A stretch of DNA of 64,000 nt from Syntrophales bacterium. Its GTDB lineage: Bacteria; Desulfobacterota; Syntrophia; Syntrophales; UBA6109. The notes under the pieces are model-generated. The model was given only the letters and a program-made list of their open reading frames with translations. It ran no database searches and was not told where the DNA came from. The stretch's first letter is position 1. Every line of letters begins with the position of its first letter. The translations under genes were made by a program, and so were the position numbers. The stretch spans positions 23,949 to 87,948 of the forward strand of contig DAOSIS010000015.1 in assembly GCA_035366835.1 (NCBI GenBank), written 5' to 3'. This document shows positions 19,517 to 28,701 of this stretch, piece by piece.

Positions 19517-20787
19517 AGAAGTTTCCCTACCCAGTTTGCGTAAACCAGCGCCGCGATGCCGACGAGATCGATGACGAGCGCCGGCCACAGGCAGCGCCGG
19601 AGGACCGTGAAGTAGTTTTCGATCTGCAGGACCTGCGCCGCGAACATCCCCGCCAGCGCCGTCGGCGGTACGAGGTCCCCGAGGCTTGACACCAGCGCCA
19701 GCGCCGACACGGCCAGGATCTGGTCCTTTCCCAGGAGTGCAAGCGCGATGGGAACGCCCAGGACGCTGGCGGAGCCGATCGCGGAAACGGCCCCGAAGGC
19801 GGGGACCGCCGTGGCGACGGCGATCAGGAGCCACGCCTTGGGCAGGGTGAGCGACGTCACGACGAAGGCGCCCCTCGCCCCCGTCAGCGTCATCATCTGG
19901 ATGAACATCCCGACGCCCATCAGGATTCCCATGACCGGGATGGCTTCGCGCATCGCTTCCCGCGCGGTCTTCAGGAACTGGATCCGCCGGCCCGTGAAGA
20001 GGCCGACCGCCGTCGAGAGGACGAAGGCGAAGGAGAGTCCGGGATCGTAGATATACCGCGGGGCCGCCTTCGGCAGGATCATGAGCGCGAAGAGGACGGC
20101 GAGGGGAAGGTAGAGCTTCCAGCCGTAATCGGGGAACAGGGACGGCGGCATGGAGGCGGACAGCTCGGCGAGCGGGATGTCCCGGCGGACGTGGCGCCTC
20201 CCCATGGCCAGGACGAAGACCATGGCGAGCGGAACGGTGAGCAGGGTCAGCGGCCAGAAAAACCCGACATAGGGCATGTCCAGGCCCTCGCCGACGATCA
20301 TGGCGGGGATGCAGACCGGCGGCGCGATCATGCCGAGCAGCGAACCGATGGCGATGATGGCCGCCGTCTGGGCGCGGGGGATGCCGAGGTTCATCATCAC
20401 CGGCGCCACCAGCGCGCCCGTCGTGAAGACGCAGGCCGTCGAAGAACCGGTGATGGCGCCGGGGAACAGGACCAGCAGCATGAGCACCATGAGCAGCAGC
20501 GAAGGCCTCCGATGGAATGCCTCCGTCACCTGCCGCCCGAGGGTGTCGAGCACTCCCGTGCGCTGGAGCACTTTCATGTAGATCATCGCCGTGGCGATGA
20601 CGATGATGAAATCGAAGAAGCTGAACATCCCCTCCACAAGCGACCGGATGGGGACGCCCTCGCCGGCGGCCAGGGCGCCGGTGACGGAGGCCGCCACGAG
20701 ACCGAGTGCGACCGGAAGCTTCAGGCCGAAACAGCCGCCCGCGAACACGGCGACCATCGCGGCAAGCGTAAGGAGTTCAGGTTCCAT
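19513..20787 (-). CDS. TRAP transporter large permease (DctM-like)
   Basis: 424 aa polytopic protein. LFPGAITGSSTACVFTTGALVAPVMMNLGIP...IGSLLGMIAPP matches the conserved DctM GS-loop region. Confidence 0.8.
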   Translation of the reverse strand: MEPELLTLAAMVAVFAGGCFGLKLPVALGLVAASVTGALAAGEGVPIRSLVEGMFSFFDFIIVIATAMIYMKVLQRTGVLDTLGRQVTEAFHRRPSLLLMVLMLLVLFPGAITGSSTACVFTTGALVAPVMMNLGIPRAQTAAIIAIGSLLGMIAPPVCIPAMIVGEGLDMPYVGFFWPLTLLTVPLAMVFVLAMGRRHVRRDIPLAELSASMPPSLFPDYGWKLYLPLAVLFALMILPKAAPRYIYDPGLSFAFVLSTAVGLFTGRRIQFLKTAREAMREAIPVMGILMGVGMFIQMMTLTGARGAFVVTSLTLPKAWLLIAVATAVPAFGAVSAIGSASVLGVPIALALLGKDQILAVSALALVSSLGDLVPPTALAGMFAAQVLQIENYFTVLRRCLWPALVIDLVGIAALVYANWVGKLL

Positions 20788-20847
20788 GGGTAGACCGCTT
20801 CCTCGACGATGTCAGGCTAATACCCGGCCGCGAACCCCGTCCCGTAT

Positions 20848-21417
20848 TCATTTTTTTCCGAATATGGCCTTCAGGGGCTCCTGGGTTTGGGAGACCTTGT
20901 CGACGAAGAGTACGGGGATGTTGTTTTTGGCGGAGGTCTTGGTGATGAAGCCGTCCTTGTCACCGTCCTTCAGCGCGATGACGCAGGCCGAGGCCGGCAC
21001 CACGAGACCGATGAAGCGGTCGGAGAGCTCTCCGCGCTTTGCGCTGCCGCCGACATGCAGGGACAGGATCGGTACGCCGAGTTCCTTCGCCTTGGCGACC
21101 ACCTTCTGGACCCGTGCGGCCTCCTTGTCGGCGTCCACGCCGGCGGCCCCCAGGCCCTTTGCGCTGCCGCCGATGGCGACGACCAGGGTCTTGACCCCTT
21201 GCAGATCGTCCGGGCCGGCGAGGGCGGCCGTCTTGACGGCGATCTTGTTTCGTTCGAGAAGCACCTTCACCATTTGGACGTCGGCGCTCTGCCCGGCCGA
21301 CGTCAACAGGACCGGTTCCTTGGCGGAGAACTTCACTTCCTTTTTTTCCTCGCCCGCCGACAGGACCGCCGGCAGGAAAAGGACCAGACACGCAGCGACC
21401 AACCATTCTTTTTTCAT
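20848..21417 (-). CDS. exported alpha/beta protein of unknown function
   Basis: 189 aa. Signal peptide MKKEWLVAACLVLFLPAVLSA. No DctP/TAXI similarity recognisable by eye. Confidence 0.65.
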   Translation of the reverse strand: MKKEWLVAACLVLFLPAVLSAGEEKKEVKFSAKEPVLLTSAGQSADVQMVKVLLERNKIAVKTAALAGPDDLQGVKTLVVAIGGSAKGLGAAGVDADKEAARVQKVVAKAKELGVPILSLHVGGSAKRGELSDRFIGLVVPASACVIALKDGDKDGFITKTSAKNNIPVLFVDKVSQTQEPLKAIFGKK

Positions 21418-21554
21418 GGAGCACCTCTCCTTTCGGAAACCGCCTTCTTCATGACTTCACAGGCGCCGCGGTCGGGATCCCGCCTATGACAAACCTTCAA
21501 GAGAAAACGTACCGGGGTGGCGGATGCCGTCCCCTTTTCGCCGGTTCCGCGCCG

Positions 21555-22556
21555 CTATTCGGGAAGGGCGCAGACCAGGGGCAGATCTTTCATCGTCAGC
21601 AATCCCGAGGGGGCTTCAACCGCCCGCGGAACGGAATTGACGATCATGGCCGCCGTCGCCAGGTCGCCGTGGACGCCGCCCTCGATCACGACCGCCAGAG
21701 GGGGCGTCCCGTCGATGGTGACGGCATCATAGGATTCCTTTGCGCCCAGGCACGCCTCGAATTCGAGCGTGATGACTTCGCGGCCGTCCCGATATCCCCT
21801 CCCTACCTGGCGGACGCCGGCCGCCTGACCGGCCTTGACGGTGAGGTACTGGCTCTTGACGGTCCTCTTCGCCACGATCGGTTCAATGGTCTCCGTGAGC
21901 TTGTCCAGTTCCCATCCCAGACCCGCTGCGATCATGCCGATCGATTCGGTCAGCCCCACGTGGCGTATCGTTCCCGCCTTCACCAGGTCCTTGAACTCCT
22001 TGACGGTCAAGCCGGCGCCGATTTTCTTCTGGAACGGCAGGCGCCGCGGCGTCGCATCCTGAAAGCGGGCGACCTTCACCTTCCGGACCGACTGGCACAC
22101 GCCGGTCATTGCCAGCGGCCATGCGTCCATCATGAAGCCCGGATTGACGCCCGTGCTCATGACGGTCACGCCGTGTTTCCTGGCCAGTTTGTCGATCTTC
22201 GCCGACAGGGACGGCTGATTGCGGAAGGGATAGGACATCTCTTCGCAGGTGGAAACGATGTTGACGCCGGCCTCGATCACGGTCCTGAGCTGCGGAAAGA
22301 CGCCTTTCAGCACCGATCCCGTCGCATGCATGACCACGTCCGGTCTTGTCCTTTTCAGAACGGCCCCTGCATCCTTCTCGATCAAGACCTCCAGTTTGCG
22401 GCCGACGCCTGCGACTTCCCCCAGGTCCCTGCCGACGTTCAGCAGGTCGACGGCGCCCACGATCCTGATGCCGGGCTTGCGGGCGGCAAGCCGTACGATG
22501 CCCGCGCCCACGGGACCGACTCCGAACTGTACGACCTTGATGACTTTCTTCGCCAT
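21555..22556 (-). CDS. DapB-like NAD(P)-dependent amine dehydrogenase family protein (2,4-diaminopentanoate dehydrogenase-like)
   Basis: 333 aa. Rossmann N-terminus KVVQFGVGPVGAGIVR. Layout matches the dihydrodipicolinate reductase-like amine dehydrogenase family. Confidence 0.7.
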   Translation of the reverse strand: MAKKVIKVVQFGVGPVGAGIVRLAARKPGIRIVGAVDLLNVGRDLGEVAGVGRKLEVLIEKDAGAVLKRTRPDVVMHATGSVLKGVFPQLRTVIEAGVNIVSTCEEMSYPFRNQPSLSAKIDKLARKHGVTVMSTGVNPGFMMDAWPLAMTGVCQSVRKVKVARFQDATPRRLPFQKKIGAGLTVKEFKDLVKAGTIRHVGLTESIGMIAAGLGWELDKLTETIEPIVAKRTVKSQYLTVKAGQAAGVRQVGRGYRDGREVITLEFEACLGAKESYDAVTIDGTPPLAVVIEGGVHGDLATAAMIVNSVPRAVEAPSGLLTMKDLPLVCALPE

Positions 22557-22572
22557 GACATTTCTCCCTTCT

Positions 22573-22996
22573 TCATCTCCTTCCGGGTTCGTTCATCGGT
22601 CCGGAGAAAGGACTCCAATGACTCCTGCAGATCTTTTCAACCTCTTCGACTTTTCGGGCTTCACGGCATCCAGGATTTTTCTGTGGCTCTCCGCAGATTT
22701 CTTCGGTACGCCCGGCCGGGAGTAGGATGCGATGCGCTCCCCCGGGTACTGAAGCATTTTCGACTGGATCTGTTCGAGTGTATAGCGCCTTCGCCTTCGA
22801 GCTTGCGGATGGCCTCGCCACAGGGGTGGTGCTTACGCCGAACTGGCGTGCGATGTCCTTTTCCCGGATGCGGTCGGAGGGGCTTGATCCGCTGGCTGGC
22901 GACGGCCTCGCGCAGGAACGCGTAGATGGCGTCCTTGCAGGTCCTGGGAGATTTTGTCGGCGTGAAGTCGGGGGTCTTTTCCGTGCTTTTTTTCAT
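22573..22996 (-). pseudogene. decayed GntR/FadR-family transcriptional regulator
   Basis: The wHTH sequence is split over frames: ...KDAIYAFLREAVASQRIKP / SDRIREKDIARQFGVSTTPV / EAIRKLEGEGAI. C-terminal FCD-like pieces (SAESHRKILDAVK, EEVEKI, DLQESLESFLRT) lie in different frames. Total length is far shorter than an intact FadR-type protein. Confidence 0.6.
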
Positions 22997-23025
22997 CGGA
23001 ATCCGCCTCGGCGCGAGATATATTT

Positions 23026-23042
23026 TCGTATAATTTATACGA
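23026..23042. promoter_or_regulatory. GntR-type operator palindrome with embedded TATAAT
   Basis: TCGTATAATTTATACGA is a perfect 17-bp palindrome with a GT-N-AC core, located between the decayed GntR gene and divergent ggt. Confidence 0.45.
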
Positions 23043-23288
23043 TGTCAAGAATGTTTTGGCCGGATGCCGTCCGGACCGGAATCTCCTTGTCCGGTCACCG
23101 GAAAAACCACCCCTTGTTTTTTTTTGGAGACAACGCTACAAGACAAGGCCCGAGAGGCACTCGTTCTTCCCATCACGGGCCCGCAGGTCCGATCGCGGGC
23201 AAGATTCCCTTCCCGGCTTTTCAGCGGGGCAGCGGTCCAAGGAAGTAATCCACAGCAACAGACGAACAACGAAACGGAAGGAGACGCC

Positions 23289-24962
23289 ATGAAGAGCCTG
23301 AGCAAGATGCGGTTCGAAAGGGAGGCAGTCGGGATGTTCCGGTATGCCTGCATGGTATGGATCCTGTTTTTCGTCTTCTGCCAACCTCTTCCGGCGGCGA
23401 CGAAAAATGTCCAGGTCGAAGCCGCCCACGGTATGGTGGCCTCGGCGCACCCGCTGGCATCCGAAGCCGGTTTGAAGATCCTCAAAGCCGGCGGCAACGC
23501 CGTCGATGCCGCGGTCGCGGCCGCTTTTGCCATCGGCGTCGTGGAGCTCAACGCCAGCGGCCTCGGCGGAGAGGGGATGATCGTCATCTACCGGGCCGAC
23601 ACCAAGACCGCCGTCGCCATCGATTACCGTTCCGCGGCGCCGGCCTCCGCCACGTTCCCCAAGAAGATTCCGGACGCCGGCTATGCGTCGGCGGCCATAC
23701 CCGGGACCGTTGCCGGACTTTCGACGGCGCTCGCCAAATACGGAACGATGCCGCTTCACCGGGTGATGGCGCCTGCCATCGGCCTTGCGGAGCAGGGCTT
23801 CACGGTATCGCCGACGCTGGCGGGGATGATCCAGGACAACTTCGACAGGATCAGCAAGAATCCGCCGCTGGCCGCCGTCACCTTCCGGGACGGCCTGCCG
23901 CTGGAGGCCGGCGCGACCTTGAAGAATCCGGATCTCGCGCTCAGCCTGCACAAGATCGCGGCCTTTGGTCCGGATGTCTTCTACCGAGGTGAACTGGCCG
24001 AGGCGATGGTTGCGGAAATGGCCGCGAACGGCGGGTTCTTTTCGAAATCGGACCTCGCCTCCTACAAGGCGGTCGTCCGCGAGCCGGTCCGGGGAAGGTA
24101 CCGCGGCTATGAACTGATTTCGGCGCCGCCCCCCGTCGGCGGCCTCTCGGTCATTCAGATTCTGCAGATCCTGGAGAATTTCGACCTCGCGAAGAATCCG
24201 CCGACCTCGACGATCAACGTGCATCTGATGGCGGAGGCCATGAAGAAGGGCTTCGCGGACTTCGCCGCCTTCATCGGCGATCCCGATTTTGAAAAAATAC
24301 CCGTCAAGGGGCTGCTTTCGCCGGAATACGCCAAGAAGAGGGCGGCCGAGATCAGGGCCGACGCCATCAGCGCCAGGATCGAGGCGGGCGAACCCTCGCG
24401 CGAAAGCGGGAGCACGACGGCCCTGTGCGTCGTGGACCGCAGAGGCAACGTGGTGGCGCTGACCCAGACGATCTCCAGCTTCTTCGGCGCCAGGGTCATG
24501 ATCGGCGGCACGGGAATCATCCTCAACAACGAGATGCAGAACTTCTCGGCCAAGGGCGTGAACGCCATGGCGCCGGGCAAGCGCATGCGCACCACCATCT
24601 CCCCGACGATCATGCTGAAAAACGGCAAGGCCTATGCGGCCATGGGAACGCCGGGGGCGGCGCGTATCATCTCGACCATGGCAATCCTGGTTTCGAACCT
24701 GGTGGACCACAAGATGCCGATCCAGGAAGCCATCGAGGCGCCGCGCTTTTTCGCGCGCGACAAGCCGAAGGATCTTTACGTGGAGACGCGTCTGCCGGCG
24801 GACACGCTGGCCGCGCTGGAGCGCATGGGCTATGCGCTGAAAAAATACAAGGACTACGATCTGTTCTTCGGCGGGGCCCAGGGAATCGTCATCGATCCCA
24901 AGAGCGGGAAGAAGATCGGCGGCGCCGACCCGCGGCGGGACGGCGTGGTCGTCGGCTATTGA
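23289..24962 (+). CDS. ggt: gamma-glutamyltransferase
   Basis: Internal Met (MKSLSKMRFE..., SD GGAAGGAG) of ORF 23064..24962. HGMVASAHPLASEAG. Nucleophile region ESGSTTALCVVD. GIILNNEM. Confidence 0.9.
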   Translation: MKSLSKMRFEREAVGMFRYACMVWILFFVFCQPLPAATKNVQVEAAHGMVASAHPLASEAGLKILKAGGNAVDAAVAAAFAIGVVELNASGLGGEGMIVIYRADTKTAVAIDYRSAAPASATFPKKIPDAGYASAAIPGTVAGLSTALAKYGTMPLHRVMAPAIGLAEQGFTVSPTLAGMIQDNFDRISKNPPLAAVTFRDGLPLEAGATLKNPDLALSLHKIAAFGPDVFYRGELAEAMVAEMAANGGFFSKSDLASYKAVVREPVRGRYRGYELISAPPPVGGLSVIQILQILENFDLAKNPPTSTINVHLMAEAMKKGFADFAAFIGDPDFEKIPVKGLLSPEYAKKRAAEIRADAISARIEAGEPSRESGSTTALCVVDRRGNVVALTQTISSFFGARVMIGGTGIILNNEMQNFSAKGVNAMAPGKRMRTTISPTIMLKNGKAYAAMGTPGAARIISTMAILVSNLVDHKMPIQEAIEAPRFFARDKPKDLYVETRLPADTLAALERMGYALKKYKDYDLFFGGAQGIVIDPKSGKKIGGADPRRDGVVVGY

Positions 24963-24986
24963 TCGAAACACGACGAAAGGACCGCT

Positions 24987-26033
24987 ATGAAACGCCTATG
25001 GCTCGCACTGGCCGCGATGGTGTTCCTGCCGCCGGCATCGCTTCCGGCGGCAGGGTCCGGCGGCGCGCTTCTGCACGATATCCGTCCGGGGAAGGGTGTG
25101 GCGGCCGTCAGACAGCTTTCCGATTATCTGCCCGTCCTGGCGGAGACGCCCGGGGATACGAGGATCTACGTTCTGGAAGGGAAGGAACCGGGCGGGACCG
25201 TCTTTGTCGCCGGCGGGACGCACGGCAACGAAATCGCGGGGATCGTCGCGGCGACGATCCTCGTCGAGCGGACGCAGGTGCAGAAGGGACGGCTGATCGT
25301 GGTCCCGCACGCCAACAACTCCGCCGTCGGGTACCCGGATGCGCGCCGGCCGGGGCCTCCGTCGATCTTCATCGAGACGCCGTCGGGCAAACGGGGCTTT
25401 CGCTACGGATCGAGGCTGACCAATCCCGACCATCAGGGGGCGAAGGATCCTCCCCAGTATCGCCCCCCCGGCTCCATGGAAGAGATCGAGGGATGGGAAG
25501 CGCGCAACCTGAATCGCAACTATCCCGGAAAGGCGGACGGCAATCTCACCCAGAAGATCGCCTTCGCCATCATGGAACTCCTGAGGAAGGAATCCGTGGA
25601 CGTCGCCTACGACTTCCACGAGACGGGGCCGGGGTCCCGGCTGGCGTGGATGCTGGTCGCCAACCCGAAGAACGTCGATGCGGGGGCCGCGGCGCTCCTC
25701 ACGCTGGATGAGGCGGGCATTCCCATCAAACTGGAGGCATCTTCGAAAACGTTCCGCGGGCTCTCGCACCGGGAATGGGGGGACGCGACGAGGGCCATGG
25801 CCTTTCTTTTCGAGACCCCCAATCCCCTGATGAAAGACGGCGACCGCGGCGCCGATACGGTGAACGATCCGGATCTGCCGCTTTCGCGGCGCGTGGGTGT
25901 CCAGCTTTCGGTGTTTCTGGCGGTCCTCGAGGCCTGCAACGGGGCTGCCGCGCCGGAGAAGAAATTCGGTCTGGCCGGCGTGCCGGGGTTCCCCGAGATC
26001 AAGGCCGCCGGTCTCGGCTCCTTCCTGAGATGA
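24987..26033 (+). CDS. succinylglutamate desuccinylase/aspartoacylase-family (M14-like) zinc hydrolase, exported (paralogue)
   Basis: 348 aa. Signal peptide. GGTHGNEIAG and DFHE zinc motifs. Collinear with 18183..19361 (EGKEPGGTV..GGTH.NE, KGRL.V.P.AN). Confidence 0.75.
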   Translation: MKRLWLALAAMVFLPPASLPAAGSGGALLHDIRPGKGVAAVRQLSDYLPVLAETPGDTRIYVLEGKEPGGTVFVAGGTHGNEIAGIVAATILVERTQVQKGRLIVVPHANNSAVGYPDARRPGPPSIFIETPSGKRGFRYGSRLTNPDHQGAKDPPQYRPPGSMEEIEGWEARNLNRNYPGKADGNLTQKIAFAIMELLRKESVDVAYDFHETGPGSRLAWMLVANPKNVDAGAAALLTLDEAGIPIKLEASSKTFRGLSHREWGDATRAMAFLFETPNPLMKDGDRGADTVNDPDLPLSRRVGVQLSVFLAVLEACNGAAAPEKKFGLAGVPGFPEIKAAGLGSFLR

Positions 26034-26066
26034 TGAAACCCCTGTAAGATCGGATGGAAAACCTGT

Positions 26067-26104
26067 GCATCCCCCGCCCCCGCGTTTGCGGGAGCGGGGG
26101 ATGC
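26067..26104. terminator. long GC hairpin between convergent genes
   Basis: GCATCCCCCGC...GCGGGGGATGC, perfect 11-bp arms enclosing an inner CCCGC/GCGGG stem. Same arm core as the repeats at 42198 and 51086. Confidence 0.5.
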
Positions 26105-26189
26105 TTCGTCTTGTCCCGTCTCTTTTCACTGGATGAATCGCAACTGCCGGACTCCCTCCGCAGGCGGCCGGGCAATTCCCATGCGGGAA

Positions 26190-28691
26190 TCAACGGTCGC
26201 CGACCGTGTCGCCTGAGTTGTAGTTGACCCGGCAATTGCCGTTCCCGCCGCTGATTTCAATGTCGGCGTTCATGGCGCCCGTGTAGTTGATGGTGCCCTG
26301 CGCAGCGCCGCAACTGCCGTTGTTCGTGTTGTACCTCGTCACCGTTTCACCCGAACTCAGCCGATAGGTGTCGGTCGTAATTTCACTGCCGTTGTTTACC
26401 CGCCGGCAGCCGGACCCGGTGACCCTGAAGTCGCGCCTGCTGCCGGTATTGTTCCATACCCTGTATTCGGAGCAGCCGGTATATACGGTAGCCGAGCAGG
26501 TGCTGCTGCCGTTGGCATTGCTGACCGTGAGGGTGTAGGTCCGATCGCCCGCCGTCGTCTGGCTTCCCGAAGTGCAGGTGCCGCCGCTCGAATTCGAGAA
26601 GTTCGCGCAGACGCCGCCGGGCGACGGGCTCCACGATCCGTTGGCGGGACCATTCGCGATGGTCCAGGTGAGACTCGTCGTGCCGCCGTAGGGCACGATA
26701 TTCGGGCTGACGGCGAGGGTGCAGGTCGGCTGGGCCGCCTGGGTCACCGTGAAGGTCTGCCCGGCGATGATCATCGTACCGGTGCGCGGGGCGCCGGTGT
26801 TGTTGGTGGAGACGCTATAGCCGACCGTTCCCGTCCCGGACCCGCTGCTGCCGGAGGTGATGGAGATCCAGGAGTTGTTACTCGCCGCGGTCCAGGTGCA
26901 GCCGGTCACGGAGGTCACGGTGACCGTTCCGGTTCCGGCGTACCGGCCGAAGGACTGGCTGTAGGAGCTCAGCGTATAGACGCAGCCGTCGGCCTGATTG
27001 ACCGTGAAGGTCTGCCCGACGATGTTGATGTAGCCGGTCCTTGCAGGGCCGGTATTGGCGGCGACGGCATAGCCGATCGTCCCGTTTCCAGCACCGACGC
27101 TGCCGGAAGTAACGGTGATCCAATCGGAGAGGCTCGACGTCATCCAGGGGCAGGACGTCGTCGTGGTGGTGAGGTTGACGCTGCCCGATCCTCCCGCGGC
27201 GGTGGCCGACGCAGCTTCGGGCGTGATGGAATACGTACAGTCCCCCTGCGGAAAGAAGACGCGGAAATTGGTGAGTTCGATCTGCTGGGTGCTCGATCCG
27301 GTCGCCTCCGTGAAGCCGAAGAAGATCTTGCTGAAGTCGTTGTGATCCGCTTCCGAGAGGGATACGGTCTTGTTGATCTGGGCGGTCGTATCGGTGTAGG
27401 GGACGATGACGTCCTGGAAGCGGCTCATGGCCAGAGGATCGGCGAAACTGTCCTTGCGCGAGATCCATGCTTTGATTTCATAAGGGTAAGGCCCCGAGAG
27501 CGAACCGGGGCGGACGATCTCGATCCTGCAGACGTAAGGGCGTCGGCTTTCCATCCAGTTGCAAGAGCCGGAGGTCATGCAGGGTTCCGTCTGGCTCGCG
27601 GGCTGATAGTAGCCGCTGTCGCCCGTCCCCGCCGAATTCTGGGGATTCCCCCCGGAACCGCCCGCGCCGTGCTTGTTGTCGTCGTAGCTGTTCGGGGATC
27701 CTGTGCAGCCGGTGCCGGATGCCGTCCTGGCGCCCCAGAACATGAGCGCCACGTGGTTGTAGAAGGTATAGGTCGGGTTCCACCATGGACCGCTCTGTGT
27801 CCGCGGATCGTTCCTGCTGTCCGATTGGCAGATGTTGCCGGTGCCGGGGTTGGGGAAGGTATCGAACTCCAGGGCTATTTTCGGGGGCTTCAGGCCGAGG
27901 CCGTCCGCCGTGTCCCCAGCGCCGGCGTAGCCGATGAGCTCGCCCTCTCCCACGGCCCCGCCGGTGCGGTCCCGCGTGTTGTTTCGGTCAGGATCCGTGG
28001 CGCTGAGGACGGCAAAGGTGAAGCCGTCGGCGTAGGCGGTGCTGTCGGAGGAACGGTCCTCGTTCAGGAAGGTGAATTCGAAGTAGGCCCGTATGCCGAG
28101 GCCGAAGTTGCATATGCCGTCGGTGCAGTAGCCGACGATGCTGCTCCCCTGGTACCAGAGGGAACCGTAGCTGTCCTCGACGCCGCCGCCCATCGTGATC
28201 GTGTTCGTGTCCGGATCGGCCTGGACGGCGCTGCCGCCCGATTCCCCCGAGGCGATGGGCTCGCTGAAACTGGGGAATTCCGTGTCGGACTCGATGACCG
28301 GCGACGTCGGCGGGGGCGGTTCCGATGTGCCCGTCCCCGAACCCCACGTCACGGCGAGGTCATAGACGATCACCCGCCGCGCCTCCAGAAACGAACCGGC
28401 GTTGGCAACGCCCGTCGAGGTGATCCTGTAGTTCTCGATCTTGATCGTGAAGGCCGAATTGGCGTCGGGCATGTAGAACGTGGTTTCAGGATAATTCGCG
28501 AGCTGGATGGCCACGCCGTAGCGCACGCCCGCCCTGGCGAGATCGTAGGCGTTGTCGTTCCTGTTGGTCAGGAGCTCCCCGAAGGTCGACGACGCGGTGA
28601 TGCTGTAGATCCCCGCGCCGAGAACGCCCATGATCAGCATGGCGATGATGATCGTGATGAGGACGTCGCCTTTTCGTTTCCGCAAGCCCAT
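26190..28691 (-). CDS. pilus-associated adhesin: PilX-type N-terminal anchor, L-type (legume-like) lectin domain, tandem beta-repeats, Cys-rich C-terminus
   Basis: Internal Met (MGLRKRKGDVLITIIIAMLIMGVLGAGIYS) of ORF 26190..28832. Lectin motifs ADGFTFAVL, KIALEFDTFPN and FFGFTEATGSSTQQIELTNFRVFF. Two ~84-aa repeats with a C..W..W.(S/T).TSGS..G.GT.GY....N.G..RTG...I.GQTFTV.Q pattern. Confidence 0.8.
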   Translation of the reverse strand: MGLRKRKGDVLITIIIAMLIMGVLGAGIYSITASSTFGELLTNRNDNAYDLARAGVRYGVAIQLANYPETTFYMPDANSAFTIKIENYRITSTGVANAGSFLEARRVIVYDLAVTWGSGTGTSEPPPPTSPVIESDTEFPSFSEPIASGESGGSAVQADPDTNTITMGGGVEDSYGSLWYQGSSIVGYCTDGICNFGLGIRAYFEFTFLNEDRSSDSTAYADGFTFAVLSATDPDRNNTRDRTGGAVGEGELIGYAGAGDTADGLGLKPPKIALEFDTFPNPGTGNICQSDSRNDPRTQSGPWWNPTYTFYNHVALMFWGARTASGTGCTGSPNSYDDNKHGAGGSGGNPQNSAGTGDSGYYQPASQTEPCMTSGSCNWMESRRPYVCRIEIVRPGSLSGPYPYEIKAWISRKDSFADPLAMSRFQDVIVPYTDTTAQINKTVSLSEADHNDFSKIFFGFTEATGSSTQQIELTNFRVFFPQGDCTYSITPEAASATAAGGSGSVNLTTTTTSCPWMTSSLSDWITVTSGSVGAGNGTIGYAVAANTGPARTGYINIVGQTFTVNQADGCVYTLSSYSQSFGRYAGTGTVTVTSVTGCTWTAASNNSWISITSGSSGSGTGTVGYSVSTNNTGAPRTGTMIIAGQTFTVTQAAQPTCTLAVSPNIVPYGGTTSLTWTIANGPANGSWSPSPGGVCANFSNSSGGTCTSGSQTTAGDRTYTLTVSNANGSSTCSATVYTGCSEYRVWNNTGSRRDFRVTGSGCRRVNNGSEITTDTYRLSSGETVTRYNTNNGSCGAAQGTINYTGAMNADIEISGGNGNCRVNYNSGDTVGDR

Positions 28692-28701
28692 GGGTTCCCC
28701 G

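Noticed and set aside
23117-23125. T9 run in the ggt leader, considered as a terminator or attenuator.
   Set aside because: No convincing GC stem immediately precedes it.
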